DNA of 64,000 nucleotides from Stylophora pistillata (Eukaryota): NCBI RefSeq assembly GCF_002571385.2, contig NW_019217812.1, positions 75,021 to 139,020 of the forward strand, read 5' to 3'. Shown piece by piece: positions 38,353 to 52,400 of this stretch (position 1 is its first letter; each line of letters starts with the position of its first letter). The notes under the pieces were generated by a model. It saw only the letters and a program-made list of their open reading frames with translations, ran no database searches and was not told where the DNA came from. The position numbers and the translations under genes were made by a program.

Positions 38353-40084
38353 TTACAGAACGAATTTACAACAGCGGTAGTTGTAGCGAACTTTCGCATC
38401 ATTGTATTTTGCCCATCTTATCAGGTGAAAACGAGCCAAGAAATAGCCAGATGGGCACTTAACATTTTGCCTGTCAAGGTACATGATGGGAGCGTTGGAC
38501 TTGTAATCCCAGTTAGTGTGTCTTTCGTGACATCGGACTTTAGAGCGGTCCACTCTGTTTTCCAGCCTGGTCAGACTTGAATCCAGCGAGGAAAGCCTTC
38601 CTAGTATGTGCTACCGTGACGTAATCATTGATAAAAGCAGAAATCGAATCGCCAATCAGTTCATTGGACGTTTCAGGTTGCAACGCAATACCTGTATTCA
38701 GTTACGTTCTACTCTTACCTTGTATATATATCCCAGAGTTTTGTGCAGGGTCCTGGCTTACTAATCCACTGTGCACCATTTCTGGTTCGTCCTTCAACTT
38801 TTCCAGATGCTTGCCAATGTCCTGAATATGTAACATGACAATTTTTGTTCAATAATGCATTACTTCGATTGACGCACCCTAAATGAATACGTACAGCAAT
38901 TCTCATAATCCGCCGCTTAGCCAACTGAGAAGTTCCATAAATAAATAATCAAAGTCCAATTCCTGCTTTACAAAAGCCCAACACTTAACTCACGTGCACT
39001 CCTTTATCATGAATCAATAATTGTTCACTTAATCATAGTTGTGACTCCTTTCCTTCTTTAGTGGGCAGAAGCCCAGTTTGTCCATTACTCTTTTCAAGTG
39101 GATTCGTAGTTAAGATTAGCAAAGGGATTGAAACATTAAGTTCAATTTCATTCGCATTCAGACCCTCATAAAGTTCTTTAATCATTGGTCAAACCATTCT
39201 GGACTTCATAAGGGCTCGCACCCTTGTTTTAGTATATGTGGTGGTGCCTAGTTTTTGCAAGCAGCTCTCTTTCGACATCGATAGAAAATTTCCTTTTTTG
39301 TGTTTTTTGTTTTGCTATTCTTTTCGTAGTACCTTCAAGAAATGACTTGTTATCTTTTCAGAGATTTTTATGTTTTTCCAGCCTCAGGCAAAGTAAAATA
39401 CTGGCTCTTTTACAGAGCTCGCAGCAGGCGAAAGTCATTTATGAATAAAGCAATAAACGGCAATTTTTTCGCGAGCACGTCAACACTACAAAAAATCGAC
39501 AATGTTGAGTACGAGATCTAACTTACTAACTGAGAAATAACTAAACAAAACGAAATCAACGTTAAAAATTTTTGAAATATTAAATCGTAGAAAATATTCA
39601 CTTTCCATTGTCGTCCATCTTCGACACCTCATTCACAAACAGCAAAGATAAGTGGATAATTTTTGTTGCAGAGAGTCCATGGAATATTTCAAAGTTATTT
39701 GAAGATTTTTAGTATTACTGCAATGTCTGGTATCACTTATATTATACCTTGGTGACCTTCGTGTGAGCATCCTGTGTCTTCTGTATCAGTCGTCCTTGCC
39801 TGATGATTGCCGGCTCAGTGTTGACTTTCAACTAAAATTATTATTGAAAAGGCTTTATTAATCGCTAAAAATTCATATTATAATGAAATAACTGAATTTT
39901 TCGGGTTTTCAAATATAGGGCGGTTTCGTAAGAGTGCTCCTTTAAGAGTAGAAACGCGAAGCTTTTAGTCTAAAATTCATACCACGATTGCCTTTGTATC
40001 TCGCAAGGGTGAAGCGTGATTCAAGTAAGACATCAGGGCACAACAAAGAAAAATTCCACCGATGGCACTTGTTAAAATCGTCAT
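38353..40084 (-). CDS. Uncharacterised secreted protein, 178 aa (signal peptide, propeptide, short coiled coil, C-terminal 4-Cys module)
   Basis: Exons 40084-39983, 39831-39748, 38821-38719 and 38600-38353 (537 nt, phases 0/0/1). Protein: MTILTSAIGGIFLCCALMSYLNHASPLRDTKAIV-LKVNTEPAIIRQGRLIQKTQDAHTKVTK-DIGKHLEKLKDEPEMVHSGLVSQDPAQNSGIYIQ-GRLSSLDSSLTRLENRVDRSKVRCHERHTNWDYKSNAPIMYLDRQNVKCPSGYFLARFHLIRWAKYNDAKVRYNYRCCKFVL*. AATAAA at 38281-38276. Confidence 0.8.
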
Positions 40085-42313
40085 GATTCACCACAAACTG
40101 GTTTTGTAACATCCAAGGATTTCAACAATTCTTCGCTCCTTCCAACACAACTAGATTCATAACAAAGATACGGTTTTATTTGCAATCAGCATTGTATTCT
40201 TTCTTTTGACGATATTTTTACATGTTATGATTTTCTTGTTCACTAAACTATTAGCATATTTGCATCAACGTCATCTTTACCTTTTGCTTTCAAGGTGAAG
40301 TTTGAAGTATTTCTGAAAATTTCACTGACAAGCGAACTTTTTTCTCCTAAAGAAGTAGAGTAAAGTCTTGCGGGCGTGATAAAAAAGTTTGCAGATTATG
40401 CTTGTAAAAGATCGCCGCTTGTTACGGCCGAGCCAGTGAAATGCTCTGATTCCGTGTTTATTTTAAGAACGAAGAGAGTATGGTATGTCATGTGTTAGTT
40501 ACATGCAGGAATCAGTCACTGATGGGATAGAAAGAATTTTCTTTTTTTAATCAAATTGATTGTCATTTGTAATTTGGTAGTTCGACAGTGTTTGAGTAAA
40601 GACAATGATGATTCCTTTTCTCTCAGCTACGAGTTATTAATGGACCGAAAATAGTTGTAGCTAGTTGTTTTGCACTTTGCATATTTTTGATTTGGCTTGT
40701 TATGACCCTAAGACGTCAGCTGACCTTTCCGTATTAAATTCGTGGTTGTGTGGGTCTTTCCATTAAATCTTTACTTAACTACCGTTATAAGATTATTAGC
40801 ACTTGTGATATTTGATTATTAGTATGAAAACAATAATGATATAACTAACTCGGCGGTGAGCATGCTCCACCGGCTGAGAAACTGCAAAATAGCGACAACA
40901 GTTTTTCCAAATTGACTGCCTTTCGGCTGGAAGCACGAGTCTTCAAAGACTTGTTATCGAACCTCAGTCTTCGTTGTTTCATAATCATCATAAGTAATAT
41001 TCATATAGAAGGTACTGCTTTTAATCATGCATCGTGCCAATGTTGAGTGTGCGTAGTTCATAAATGAAACTTTTAGAACACCGGATTCACTTTTGAAAAC
41101 AGGGTCACGCTCGACACGCTAACCTACCAGGTTTGCAACACGGAATCACTATGCACCTCTCTTTCCATTGTATTTTCCAGTTTAGGAAAATAGTACAGGG
41201 AAGATAGTCGATTTTTGTGATTACGAGCCTGAGACAAAACCGGGGAACGTCTTTGTTTAACATTATGTTATTATAAGCTGGATAACATCATAGTACCGGA
41301 ATGATCGGTGTGTATCGGGGCTACGGGACAACCAATTCATCTCAATCTGTTTCGAAAAAGGTGCTGCCTGAAACGAGGCTTAAAGAGAACCAGTCTCGCT
41401 TGCAGTCATACGAACATTGACTGGTCAAAGTAGAGGCCTACCCCATGGATGCAACGATTTCGAGGAAATACAAGGAAAACAGACAAACGTACTCAATATC
41501 TGCTTTAGTTTTTATTATCATTTCTTCATTCAATCCATATTTTAACAGTTAACTAAAAGTTTTGCACCAATCTTACGGTGTATTTATTCGCTTTAATGGC
41601 ATACCTAATTACGATGGGCAGCGCAATAGAAAGGCACGAACGATTTTTTTTTTTTCGGAATAAAACTCGAATTTACAAAATTTAACGAAATGTTGACACT
41701 ATTGCATTTATAACAAAACGATTTTACTTGTTAAACTATTGTTGCTTTAAGCGTCATGTAATCAAAATTCAGTACATTTTTCCGTTATCCGTTTAGATAA
41801 AAAAATAGCAAATAGCAGCTGTAAATATCTAATCATTAAAGTTCCTTAACGTTCCGCGAAAAGCTAATTATCATCTCCAACGGAAAAAAACAATTGCCAT
41901 TCAGTCTCTTTCTATTCAAAATGGAGTAAGAAAAAGTATATACATTAAGCATTTAGGATAAATGTTGGGGGGAGGGGAGGAGGGGGGGAAGAAACCAATC
42001 AATAGCAATGAATAATTCTTGAAATCCGAAAGCCAATAAGACACTTCTATGGCAACCAGCCCTTAAAGACACACAAAGAAACGCGATCGTTTCGCCCATC
42101 AGCCTCAATTTAAGGCCAAATTTCGTCATTCGTTTTGCACTTTAATGAAGATTGGCTTGTTTGAACACTAAATACGATCTTGGGACAAACATAGCCTAGC
42201 TAAAACATCTAATCTGAAAGAATTAGGGTTCAACGGGATTGCAAGTTTGACAACGACAACAGACTCTCAATACAGGGCATGCGCGAGGTTTAGAGGTTGT
42301 CGCGTTGTCAAAG

Positions 42314-42477
42314 TTACGCGGACGTGAAGACTTTAGTCCCGGAACCTACCCCTGAACTTTCCTCGCAGCCTACGTTGGGATATGCAGGCGCACCTATGTA
42401 ACCATTTCCACAAGTGTTGTCTTTGCTCTCTTTCGCCATAGAGTTAACTGGAAATAATTTCAAGTCCAACACTGAAT
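42314..42477 (-). CDS. Candidate alternative terminal exon of Rap1GAP
   Basis: Pyrimidine-rich acceptor ttttcgttttcctgtttgaag. Phase-1 start is compatible with the donor at 44290. Open to a stop: DSVLDLKLF...GSGTKVFTSA*. Confidence 0.45.
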
Positions 42478-43488
42478 CTTCAAACAGGAAAACGAAAATG
42501 TATGACTTCGGTGAAATAAGTAACCAACTCTTTAAGATAATAATCATTCGTTACTTTAAAAAAAATGAAATAATCAACATGAACAATTTTTCAAATTTTT
42601 CTGTTCGAATTTTGGCTGACCAATCAGACACTGTCTTTAGCTGAACAAAGCCACCTAATTGTAACTATTACAAGGATTTTTTTTCGCATTATTTCTCCCT
42701 CTTATTTCCCTCGTATTATTCAAAAGCCAAATATCGAATTGAATCTTACATCGATACCAGCTTCCATTTGGATCAAAAAGTATGTTCCTATATTTGTCCA
42801 CTAACATTATATTCTCCTCAAGCTCGAGGAAAACTATGAACTTTGTGAAACAGATAACGTCCAACCTAACGAACATGTTTTCATGCCAGATGGAGGCTAC
42901 TGTGAGTATCATTCTTCAAATACTAACCGCGGTGCACGGAACAAGATGTTTACAAGTAGCTTACTGTTGAGAAACGTATTGACTTTTTAGAGCTAGTCTA
43001 GGAACAGTTCTAATATTTGATGGATCATAATATATATACTGATTATAATCATCACAAGTAAAAAAGGCATTTAATTATAGGCTCTCATCTGATTAATCTA
43101 AACATCGTTGATTAGAAGTATTCGCAGAAGCAAAACATTCATTCTTTCCAAAGAAATCGTTAAACCTATCGCGCGGAAATCATCGCGTGATGTACCTTTC
43201 TGTATTAACACCACATTGGATAAAATGACGAACTGGTAACGTATATATACATGTTTTATCGAATAACTGGCAGGGTTGTAGCTAAGAAATTACGCTGCCC
43301 GCTGAAATTGCAAGTGAGGCGGCTCAAAGGTGGTGAACGATTGTAAGTGTGTAACCTCGGAAGCGCCCGTTGTACTTTACCGAGCGATAGCAGGCCAAAA
43401 TCCAGCCGGCAAATTTCGCTGGTAGCCGGCGCTTAGCGGCAACCCTGAACTGGGATGAAGAAGTCCATTTCTTACTACCACTGCATTG

Positions 43489-46400
43489 TCAAACTTGTGT
43501 ATGTGGATAAGAAGTCCTTGCAGTGATTTCTCCTTGTTCTTCTCTTTCTCTAACGTATACTCCAGAATTCACGTCTCTTCGAGCAATACTACTCTTGGGA
43601 GAGATATTTCCCTCTCGCACCGTGACAGTTTCTAGTGGGGAGGAGTCCCTTGGGGGGACATTCTCACTTGGGAGTAAGGACCTTAACCGGGCTATTTCAC
43701 AGCGGGCTTCATACAAGTGGAAGGTTTGCTGAGTGGCTTTGTCTTTGATGGAACGAATTTCACGCTGCAACAACTAAATCCAAATGGAAAAAAAAGTTTT
43801 GGTACTCCAGCGAAGCAAAATGGTACACTCTACACTTAAATAAAGACTCGAAGAATCTTGTTCGAGAAATTAAAATTACAACAAAAATGTAGAAGACGTA
43901 TAGTCTACAAATTATTTCGACTTTCATGGGAAAAAAAAAAACACTTACCACATTCTGCCGAGCTAGGTCAAGCTTTTCACATTTCAGTTTTGTAATCTCG
44001 GTTTTAAGCATCTCCGTTTGTCTAAAGACAGTATCTATTAAGTAAATCAGAACACTGGACTCAGGTGAATATCGTAGGAAAGATAATATTGAATTTTCTT
44101 AATGAAGTAAAAGATCTAGAAATGAAAATATTTTAATGGTATACGTTTTAGTTAAATCATTGTTTTTTTTCTGAAGCATCCTTGGTCTTCAGCAGGAACT
44201 CAAGACCCAGGGCACAGTTTCTATCCCATACGGACCTTCCACCCGGCAAATAACACATATTCACCACGTGCACCGAGTAAACAACGTACCATTGACGGAC
44301 AAATCCTCAGATGAAGTGAAGGTTTCAGTGTCCAATTTGGGTAGCGATGGAGATCTTTCCTGCATCACCTAAAGAAAACATCACAGAAAGAAAGAAAATT
44401 TGAACAAGCAAGCATGGGTGGACTGAAGTAAGCATGGGTGGACCGAAGTAAGCATGGGTGGACCGAAGTAAGCATGGTTGTATAAAATCATTCGCCTACA
44501 GTGGAATGAGCGTTTGCCTTGTAACATAAACAGACTGGGACGTACTGTGGTTGAAATAGTACAGGAAGGAATAAGTATTCGCAGCCTTGAAACCTGACTA
44601 ACCTGTTCAATTCTCTCTGATTCCGGGTCAGTGGGATCAAACATGAGCACTCCAGGCGGAACCGAGCGAGGCCGGGAATCTGACATATCCAGCAAGGGCG
44701 AGACGATGGCTGTTTTCTTCTGCTTTTGCGCAGAGCCTGGAACGGTGCCAGCCGCCGGTGTGCTTACGGTATTGTGTTGGATGTCAGATGCTTTCCTCCG
44801 CAGATATGGAGAGCTCGACGGTGATCGACTAAAATTCAATGGAACGTCACGTTCAACCCTTCCTTCTCGAGACTGGTGGAAAGATTGTATGGATGCAGTG
44901 GTGTTTTCGGAAACATTTGAACTTGACCGCTGATGACTAACGTCCACGTTATCGTGGTCTTCGGGGCCCCTTCGGTGACGCGACGGAGACCGATTATAAG
45001 TAGTGAGTTGTATTGGCTCATCCTGATCATCTTCGGGCCCCGAACGATATCCACCAACATACCGAACTTGATATTCCCCTGCGGTCGAACTTCCCTCGTA
45101 AGACACTCGTGAATGCGGCGATTTGTCGGTTACTTTGGACGAAGTCCTGTGTAAACGATCGTAATTTTGCAGAGCAGGAACAGATTGAGAATGCGTCATG
45201 TTTGGGGGGAAATTTGGTGATAGTTGTGGTGAGCTGTTATAGTCCGGCGTACTTTTTCGTCCCTGTGGTTCAGGTGTTCGGGATCGAGCGTTATGTTTCC
45301 TTGGAGAATGTGCTGGTTCTTCAAGATGTCGAGACATTTCAGATGTGTTCGATTCTGAACTGGAATCGTCCGCGCAAAATATGGGATTGTTCTTGTTCTG
45401 TTCCTGGACGAGAAGCGATTCCATGCTTTTACACCGACCATGATTAACTTCTCTGGGAGAAAATACAGAAAGAAACGTCAACTTATGTAGAAACTTAACA
45501 CGCCTATTAAAGAAAATCGAATTAACTAACAGGCCGAATGATTAAAAATCAACACGTATAACTGTAACGAAAGGACCAAAACAGCTTCCAGCCCCGCATC
45601 AAGAATATTCGATTCTTTACTGAAAATTTTGTATAGAATAGTTTTGGAGATCTGACCCTATAGAATTCCTCATCTACCCACAGTGAATTGTTATGAATAC
45701 AAAAAGATTTTCGAACAACGTCACGGCGGCATGTTTGAGTATCAAAACAATAAAATGGTGCCAGCTGTTCATGTGCCAAGAGTAGGATCTGACATCTTTT
45801 CCCATTTTAACACTTTCTTTTGTTCCAATAAGTCTGTAAAGATGTCAACTACGTGAACGAAAGCGATTTAGAGCTGATTACTTGCTTACTTAGCAGCAAA
45901 AGCGATTTAGAGCTGATTACTTGCTTACTTAGCAGCAAAAGCGATTTAGAGCTGATTACTTGCTTACTTAGCAGCAAAAGTATGTCAGGAGAGTATTACT
46001 CTTATGGTTTAAAGTCCCTAGAATTTGGCCTCTATAATTTGTTTTCTACCAACAAAAATAATAATAATAACAACAATCGCTCACGTATTTCTACTTCTTG
46101 CTACAAGATCGCGTTTCTTAACTCACTTTTTTGGCGGTTTTAAAACTTTTTTAGCCGTCTGTAGACCTTGCGCTGATTTCCTTCTTTCTTTAGCCTGGAT
46201 GAGGGAAGAACAAAATGTATTGGTAACAAGTCCATAACAACTAGAAGGCTTGAAGTTTTTCCACTGTTCCGCAACAACACGGGACTTCTGGTCCATACCA
46301 ATGAGTCGAAAGAGCGCGATTAGAAAAATAGAGGAGCAAAACGGAAAAAAAAAAAAAGAAAGATGCCTTTAGTTTCAGACCTTTTTTGCCCAGGATTTTG

Positions 46401-49400
46401 GTGCATTGTCGTCTGAGTCAACATCCTCTGGTTTTGGACGTGGCTCCCGCATGGACATGGTACGGGTCACTTGACTCTTTGTACGTAATGCTTTCTTCAG
46501 GGTTGTTAATAGCTTAGCCTTTTGAGGAGCCTAGAGGATCAAGAACAAAGAAAACTTTGACTCTCATTTAGGAAATTGAACACCCAGTTCCTTCACAGCA
46601 TTTTATATCATTTTTGCAACCACCGAAAATGAAAAAAGCTTCTCTCAAAAATGAAGGTCCGATTAGGCCTTACATTTCACCTTGTGTAAGAGTTCTGAAG
46701 TGTTCAGGTTTAGCCACCTCAAAACATCAATCCCTTATCCTCCAAACACAATTCCTTACCTGGGTTTGTTTCATCAAACTTGAGGCTTATTACCTCTTGT
46801 TTTTTTTTTCCTCGGAATTTTTCAAAAACATCTCAGTTATTTCGTGCAGTACAAGTCAATCGTATTTTTATTTTCCGGGCAAAATAGCAAGTATCGTGAG
46901 AGTCCAAACCAGCTTCATTAACCCGCGCTTGAAAAAGGTAAAACCACTACTACTCCAAAAGTTATCGACAGAAAAAGCAGACTTGCGACTTAAATCGTTG
47001 CTTGCAGTGTTACCTCCTCTCCGCCTGTGTCAAGTATCAGCGAGTTCTTCTCAATTAAATCATCTGCTAATCCTCGGAGAAGAGTGGTGCGCGTTCGATC
47101 CTGGCAAATAAAAACGCAAACAAATTAAGAAACTTAGCCGAAAATCTCTTCGTCCAAATATAGACAAATAAGAAGGCTCCCTGTATATTATCGCGTATCA
47201 AAATTCGACACTTACCGCTAACTTGGCGAACTCAGCACTGTTGTAAGCTGCCAGTTCAGCGTTAATGAGTTTTGTTAATAAAAATTTTCGAAATTCAGGA
47301 CCCTGGAAACCAACACACATGAATAAATTTAGTACTAAAAAGAGGTATTTGAAAAACATTCTATAGTGGAATTTTTGATGAAATACATCTTCTGATATTA
47401 AGATGGAGTATCAGATACAAGTTTTTTTTTTAACTCAGATTTCGACCGAATAAAACTTTCACAATATTTCAATTAACGATACTGTTTTACACAAGAAAAT
47501 CCTCGTGGACAAACCTTCTTGAAGACGGCAGGATTTGGAAGTTTGGGTCCGAAGTGCGGTACATCTTCACGAGCCGTAATGGAGACCTGGAGTGGTAACG
47601 GTGAAAAATGTTACAAAAATTGATTGGTCAGTCAGTAGCCAGGACAAGGACACCTTGCAATTGAATGTCGAACGACAAAAACCAAGGTAATCACAACGGC
47701 CAAACAAAAAAAGGGTTGGAAAAAACTAACGAGATCTCAGTTAAAAATTGGTGAAGTGCTTATGGCGAGGGAAAAGCGAGTGATCAAGTTCTGACTGGCC
47801 GACGTTTTGCACGTGATCGGTTGAGAGAGTTGCGCAAGTTTTCTGATTAAATCACAGAGAGTAAGCAAAACAAAACAAAACAAAACAAAAAAAACCATCC
47901 CGGATTACTTTGATTATTTGTTGAATTACTTGTACTTCACCTTGTATCTTGTGTTGCTCGTGTTCGGATCCACGACTTGAACAACTATGAAGACGTGTAG
48001 AAAATGCGACCGAATAGAAACTGGTGAAAATGGCGTGTTTTCCTCCTAAAAAGAAAATTACAACAAAGCTTGTAAAGTTTTTGAATTGACCAATCTTCGA
48101 ACAATTACTGTAGTTTCACTATTTTACACATTCCATTCCAAGGTCACCGAGAAACCAACCGTAACTTGCGCTTACCTGGAACACTATAGCAACAATATCA
48201 TTGCCAATATGCCTTTTTCTTTGAACCTTAAAAGTGAAAAAAAATTCGGCTTAACATACAGAGTGCATCTAATCAGTAGCTATAGTATATCCAACTGTTA
48301 GGTAGCCATCTTACATCAACTGGAGGTGGTCATTGGTTTCTATGGTTATAGGTTCTGGTCTCACTGATAACTAAAGGTAACAAACATATAAACAAGCTAA
48401 CAAACAAAATACGTATTTAAGGTCGATTTGTTTGTTTGTTTTTTCATACCTGTTGACTATCTCCCATGGAAAATGGCAAAAGGGTGCTTATGTGAAACAT
48501 GATCTCCCTAAAGAGTGAATAACAGAGTATAAATCATTTATCGCCCTTATACAAGAAAAAAGAGAAATTGACCGCAGAAATTGTGAATGAGGAGTACGTC
48601 TCTATAGAGCAAAATATGTCTAACTAAATTGGTTATGTATCAGAGGTTTGGCAAACAAGAGTATTATATAACATCAACTCGAGGTTTCCACATACAAAGA
48701 GAGGGTGATTGAAGTGCACAACGTTTGAATTACGTGATTCATACCAACCTCGTTCCCAGGGTCTCTCGTGCAGGAAAAAAATGGAGGTATGAGTTACAGT
48801 ATTCATGAGTCGTACCAATATTCAAATTTCTTACTTGGAATCAAACACAGTATGTACCGATGTTTCCCCTGTCTGACCATGTTTCACATCCAAGCCTCCA
48901 GGAAACCTGGATAAAATGAAAACCAAATAGTGCATCTGTGAGTTTGACCTACCTAACAGAAATGGCTTTCAACGACACCATTCCAAAGAAGCATACATGT
49001 AGACAACATAAGCCGTTGAGTCTATGAACTTATAAGCATAACAGGCCAGTAGCATTATAAAGACAAAGGTCACTAGTAGGTCCAGGTAAAACTACTGTAC
49101 AAAGAAGTAAAAAGTTATCTACCACGAACAGACAGTTGTGGAACATGTACAAAAATTCACCAATATTTAAAGTTGGAGTGTTCATTTGTTTTACAGCTTA
49201 CCCTTTGAAATTTTTGAGGCTGACCTGACTGCCTAACATCTCCAAGAACTCATTCATAGCAGGACTGTGAGATCGATTGCAGAAATACTCTTCTTCAGTA
49301 GTCTGAAAATAACGGACAATGTAATCAACATCTTACCACAATATTTAGTCATCATGTAAAGAGACTGACAATGCGCTTAAGGTACAATGCATGTCTGTAG

Positions 49401-52400
49401 AAAGTGTAAGTTTATCTCTGTTATTGCTATATGCAGGTTACACTTTCTATACATTTTAACAAGACCCTCTCAAATAATTTTCTATTTCTATGTTAATTGT
49501 TACCTGTCCATATTTCTGGTATATAACTCCAAATTTGAAAGAGTTTGATAAGTTGTGTTCATCATACTTGACTATCAGTTCTGAGGCCTGAGAGTAAAAC
49601 ACATGAAAAGATTGTCACAACAAAGAAGAGGTAAAGGCAAAGCAAAAAATCAAAACTGCCACTGACAGCCTACCTCTGATCACAGTTAAATATCACTTTC
49701 TGTCATTCACATTATATTTGTCACAATCAAAACAAATTTCAAATCACTCATTTTCATATTCTTTATATCATAGTGTATTGCTGTAAGCAGTGGGGCACCA
49801 TTGGTATTGTTTAAATGCTACCGTACCTTGGGATGAGCTAAGACTTGAAAGTGATCTATATTGTCTGCATCCTCTGCAAGAAGATACTGAAAGAAAAATC
49901 GATACATTCTTTTTACCACACCATTTAATATTCATTATCTAAATAGCCATTTTACAATAATTGCTGTTTATAATTGTCAAAAAATTTCCAAAAAAAAAGT
50001 ATGAGAGTAAACCTCTTGTAGCACGATCTGCACAATGATAAGGATGGGAAACTAATGAATGCTTTCCTTCCATGTTTTGTGATCATCTACTCACCCTGAT
50101 AATTTCTCTGGGTCCTGGATTTTCAGACACATTCTCTATTGGTAAAACGTCTGCAATGGTCTTTTCAGAAGTCCTGACAAAAATAGCCAATAGATGAAGA
50201 ACATTAATTTACAAAGTACTATTCTACACTGATATTTTGTAACTTTGCACTTTCCCAGGAAATCTTTAAATCATAAGTGACAAAGGCAACATCAAATACA
50301 TGGAAACATTCCTACACCTTACAATTAAAAATTCAAAACTTGGTCACACAGGTACAGGTAGAAGCATTTAATTTAAATAAAAGCTTCCTCGCAAACGACC
50401 TTTTGGGAAAGTGTCTTTGAGATCAAAATATGTATAGCATTTTAAAAAAACCACAACAAAAACCAACAACCAAAACAGTTTGAAAAGAGAGATGTACCTT
50501 AGAATGACTCGGATAAATCCTTGGGTATCACAGCCATCTAGTTTCTCAATTTCTTGCTTGACTGACAAGATAACAGGACCAAGTTTCTCATCATCACAGA
50601 TGAAGTTCAGATGTTCCTAAAATGTCAATAAATGAAATACTGGAAATAAAGTAAATATATCTTGCAATCAAAGCCATTCCAGCATTAATACCTCAGCCTT
50701 TGAAAAACAAATTAAGTAAATTATACTTGTGTTAAGTGTGGATGAATGTGGATAACAACTTCAATTTTTTAATTGTAAATCTGTTTGCCTGTGTGTTTGA
50801 GACACTACATACAGTATAAGTAAATGATTGTCTCACACAAACATGGTGCAAGGAAGCATGGTACAAAGTACCTTTCCCATGAAGTCTCTCCTGTAGCTTT
50901 GAATGACATTATTCATCTCTATCCTGCAATCAGCAGCCCTGTAATCTGTGTGACTGATATGTCTGTGATTGCTTCCCTCCAACCAGTATTCACCTCCAAC
51001 TGGTAAAACTACCAATGGATATGGTCCTCCAGCTGCCAAAACCTACAGAGCATGAATACAATAGGTGTTACAAACAAAGACAGTACATTTATATATAAAG
51101 TGCATTGCCTTAAAAGAGATGAGTGTAACAGTTCACTTAATTCAGCCTACCTTCTGAACAACCAGCCAACAAATAACACATTATCATACTGACAGCAAAG
51201 CTAAAATGTTTAAATATCATATACTGGCAGCTAAAACAAGCATCGTAAGCAAGTTGAACTTCTAATTTTGCAAAACCTAGTGTGTATATATAGATGTTTA
51301 TGCACTTTCTATTGGTTCACCGACTGATAAACCACAGGGGAGAACACTAGAAAAGTTTTTAAACCATGAGGTGCAGCCCAACTTATTTCATATGGGGTAA
51401 AAAAATCCTGAACTCTTTAGTATTAATTTTTTTTACCACAATCCTCAACATGTTCTGCAAATATTTCCTGTCACAACTGCTATCCATAACATGCTACAAT
51501 ATTCCATTTGAGCAATGCCTATTATAAATAATTATGCACCTCTTTGACAGGATCTAAATCCTTCATTTTTGAGTCGTCCTCTTCGTCTTCGTCGTCTGCT
51601 TCCTCTTCTTCCTTTGAAGTATCACTCTAAACATTTTAAAAACAGAATGTTGCGTTTAAGACTGCTTACAAGATGAGTTTCATAAAAAAGTGAAAAAATA
51701 AGGGGTCAATCCACCCACAGGGTAGTAAGTAATGGAGCAAATAGCCATTTGCCATCCTGTCTATATGTACATATGGCTGTCTTTTATCAACCCCAAGAAT
51801 CCAAGGTGACGTAACAAAGTATATAATAGAAAACAAACATTTAATTTCAATGAACTACTGCAGACATGTTGAAGTTTAAAATTTTTCACTTTGAAATGAT
51901 TTCAAACTAGTATGATATGTATCTTCCTTTGTTTAAGGACATCAGTAATAATATAAATGTAATGACCACAGAATGAAGGGAAAAAATCTTCTTGGGACAG
52001 AAAATATGCACTATGACAGTGAACAAATCACACATTGAAACAAGGATGTTTAACTAACCTCTTCAGTTTCCTGGTGATTGACTTTCCCTAGATTAGCTGA
52101 AGGTAGTAAAAATGGAGGGTTTCTCCTTGGAGGAAATTCAACTCGCTGGTCGTCAATACGATTTGCCTTTAAAGTTATGAAGGAAAAAATGGCCCATGTC
52201 AACAAAGGGAGTGTTTGATGAATCAGTGTAACTAGAAGTGGAACAATCCATTTTCCAAATGTGACTTAAACAGTTGTTGATAATATTTATACAATGAAGT
52301 ACTTAGATAACCTTGAGTACTAACACTTCTCCTTGTCTTTTACCTTCATTACATGCATCAGCAAGTAAAACATTTGGGGCAGAAATATCAGCTAGGATTA

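Noticed and set aside
38500-38566. Frameshifted pseudogene reading of the secreted-protein last exon (acceptor at 38567)
   Set aside because: An upstream acceptor at 38601 gives a phase-correct, uninterrupted frame.
44631-45447. Overlapping antisense and alternate-frame ORFs
   Set aside because: Shadows of the GC-richer 850-nt Rap1GAP exon.
45853-46143. Repeat-containing ORF ([13 protein letters not shown] x3)
   Set aside because: Translation of a 39-bp intronic tandem repeat, antisense to Rap1GAP.
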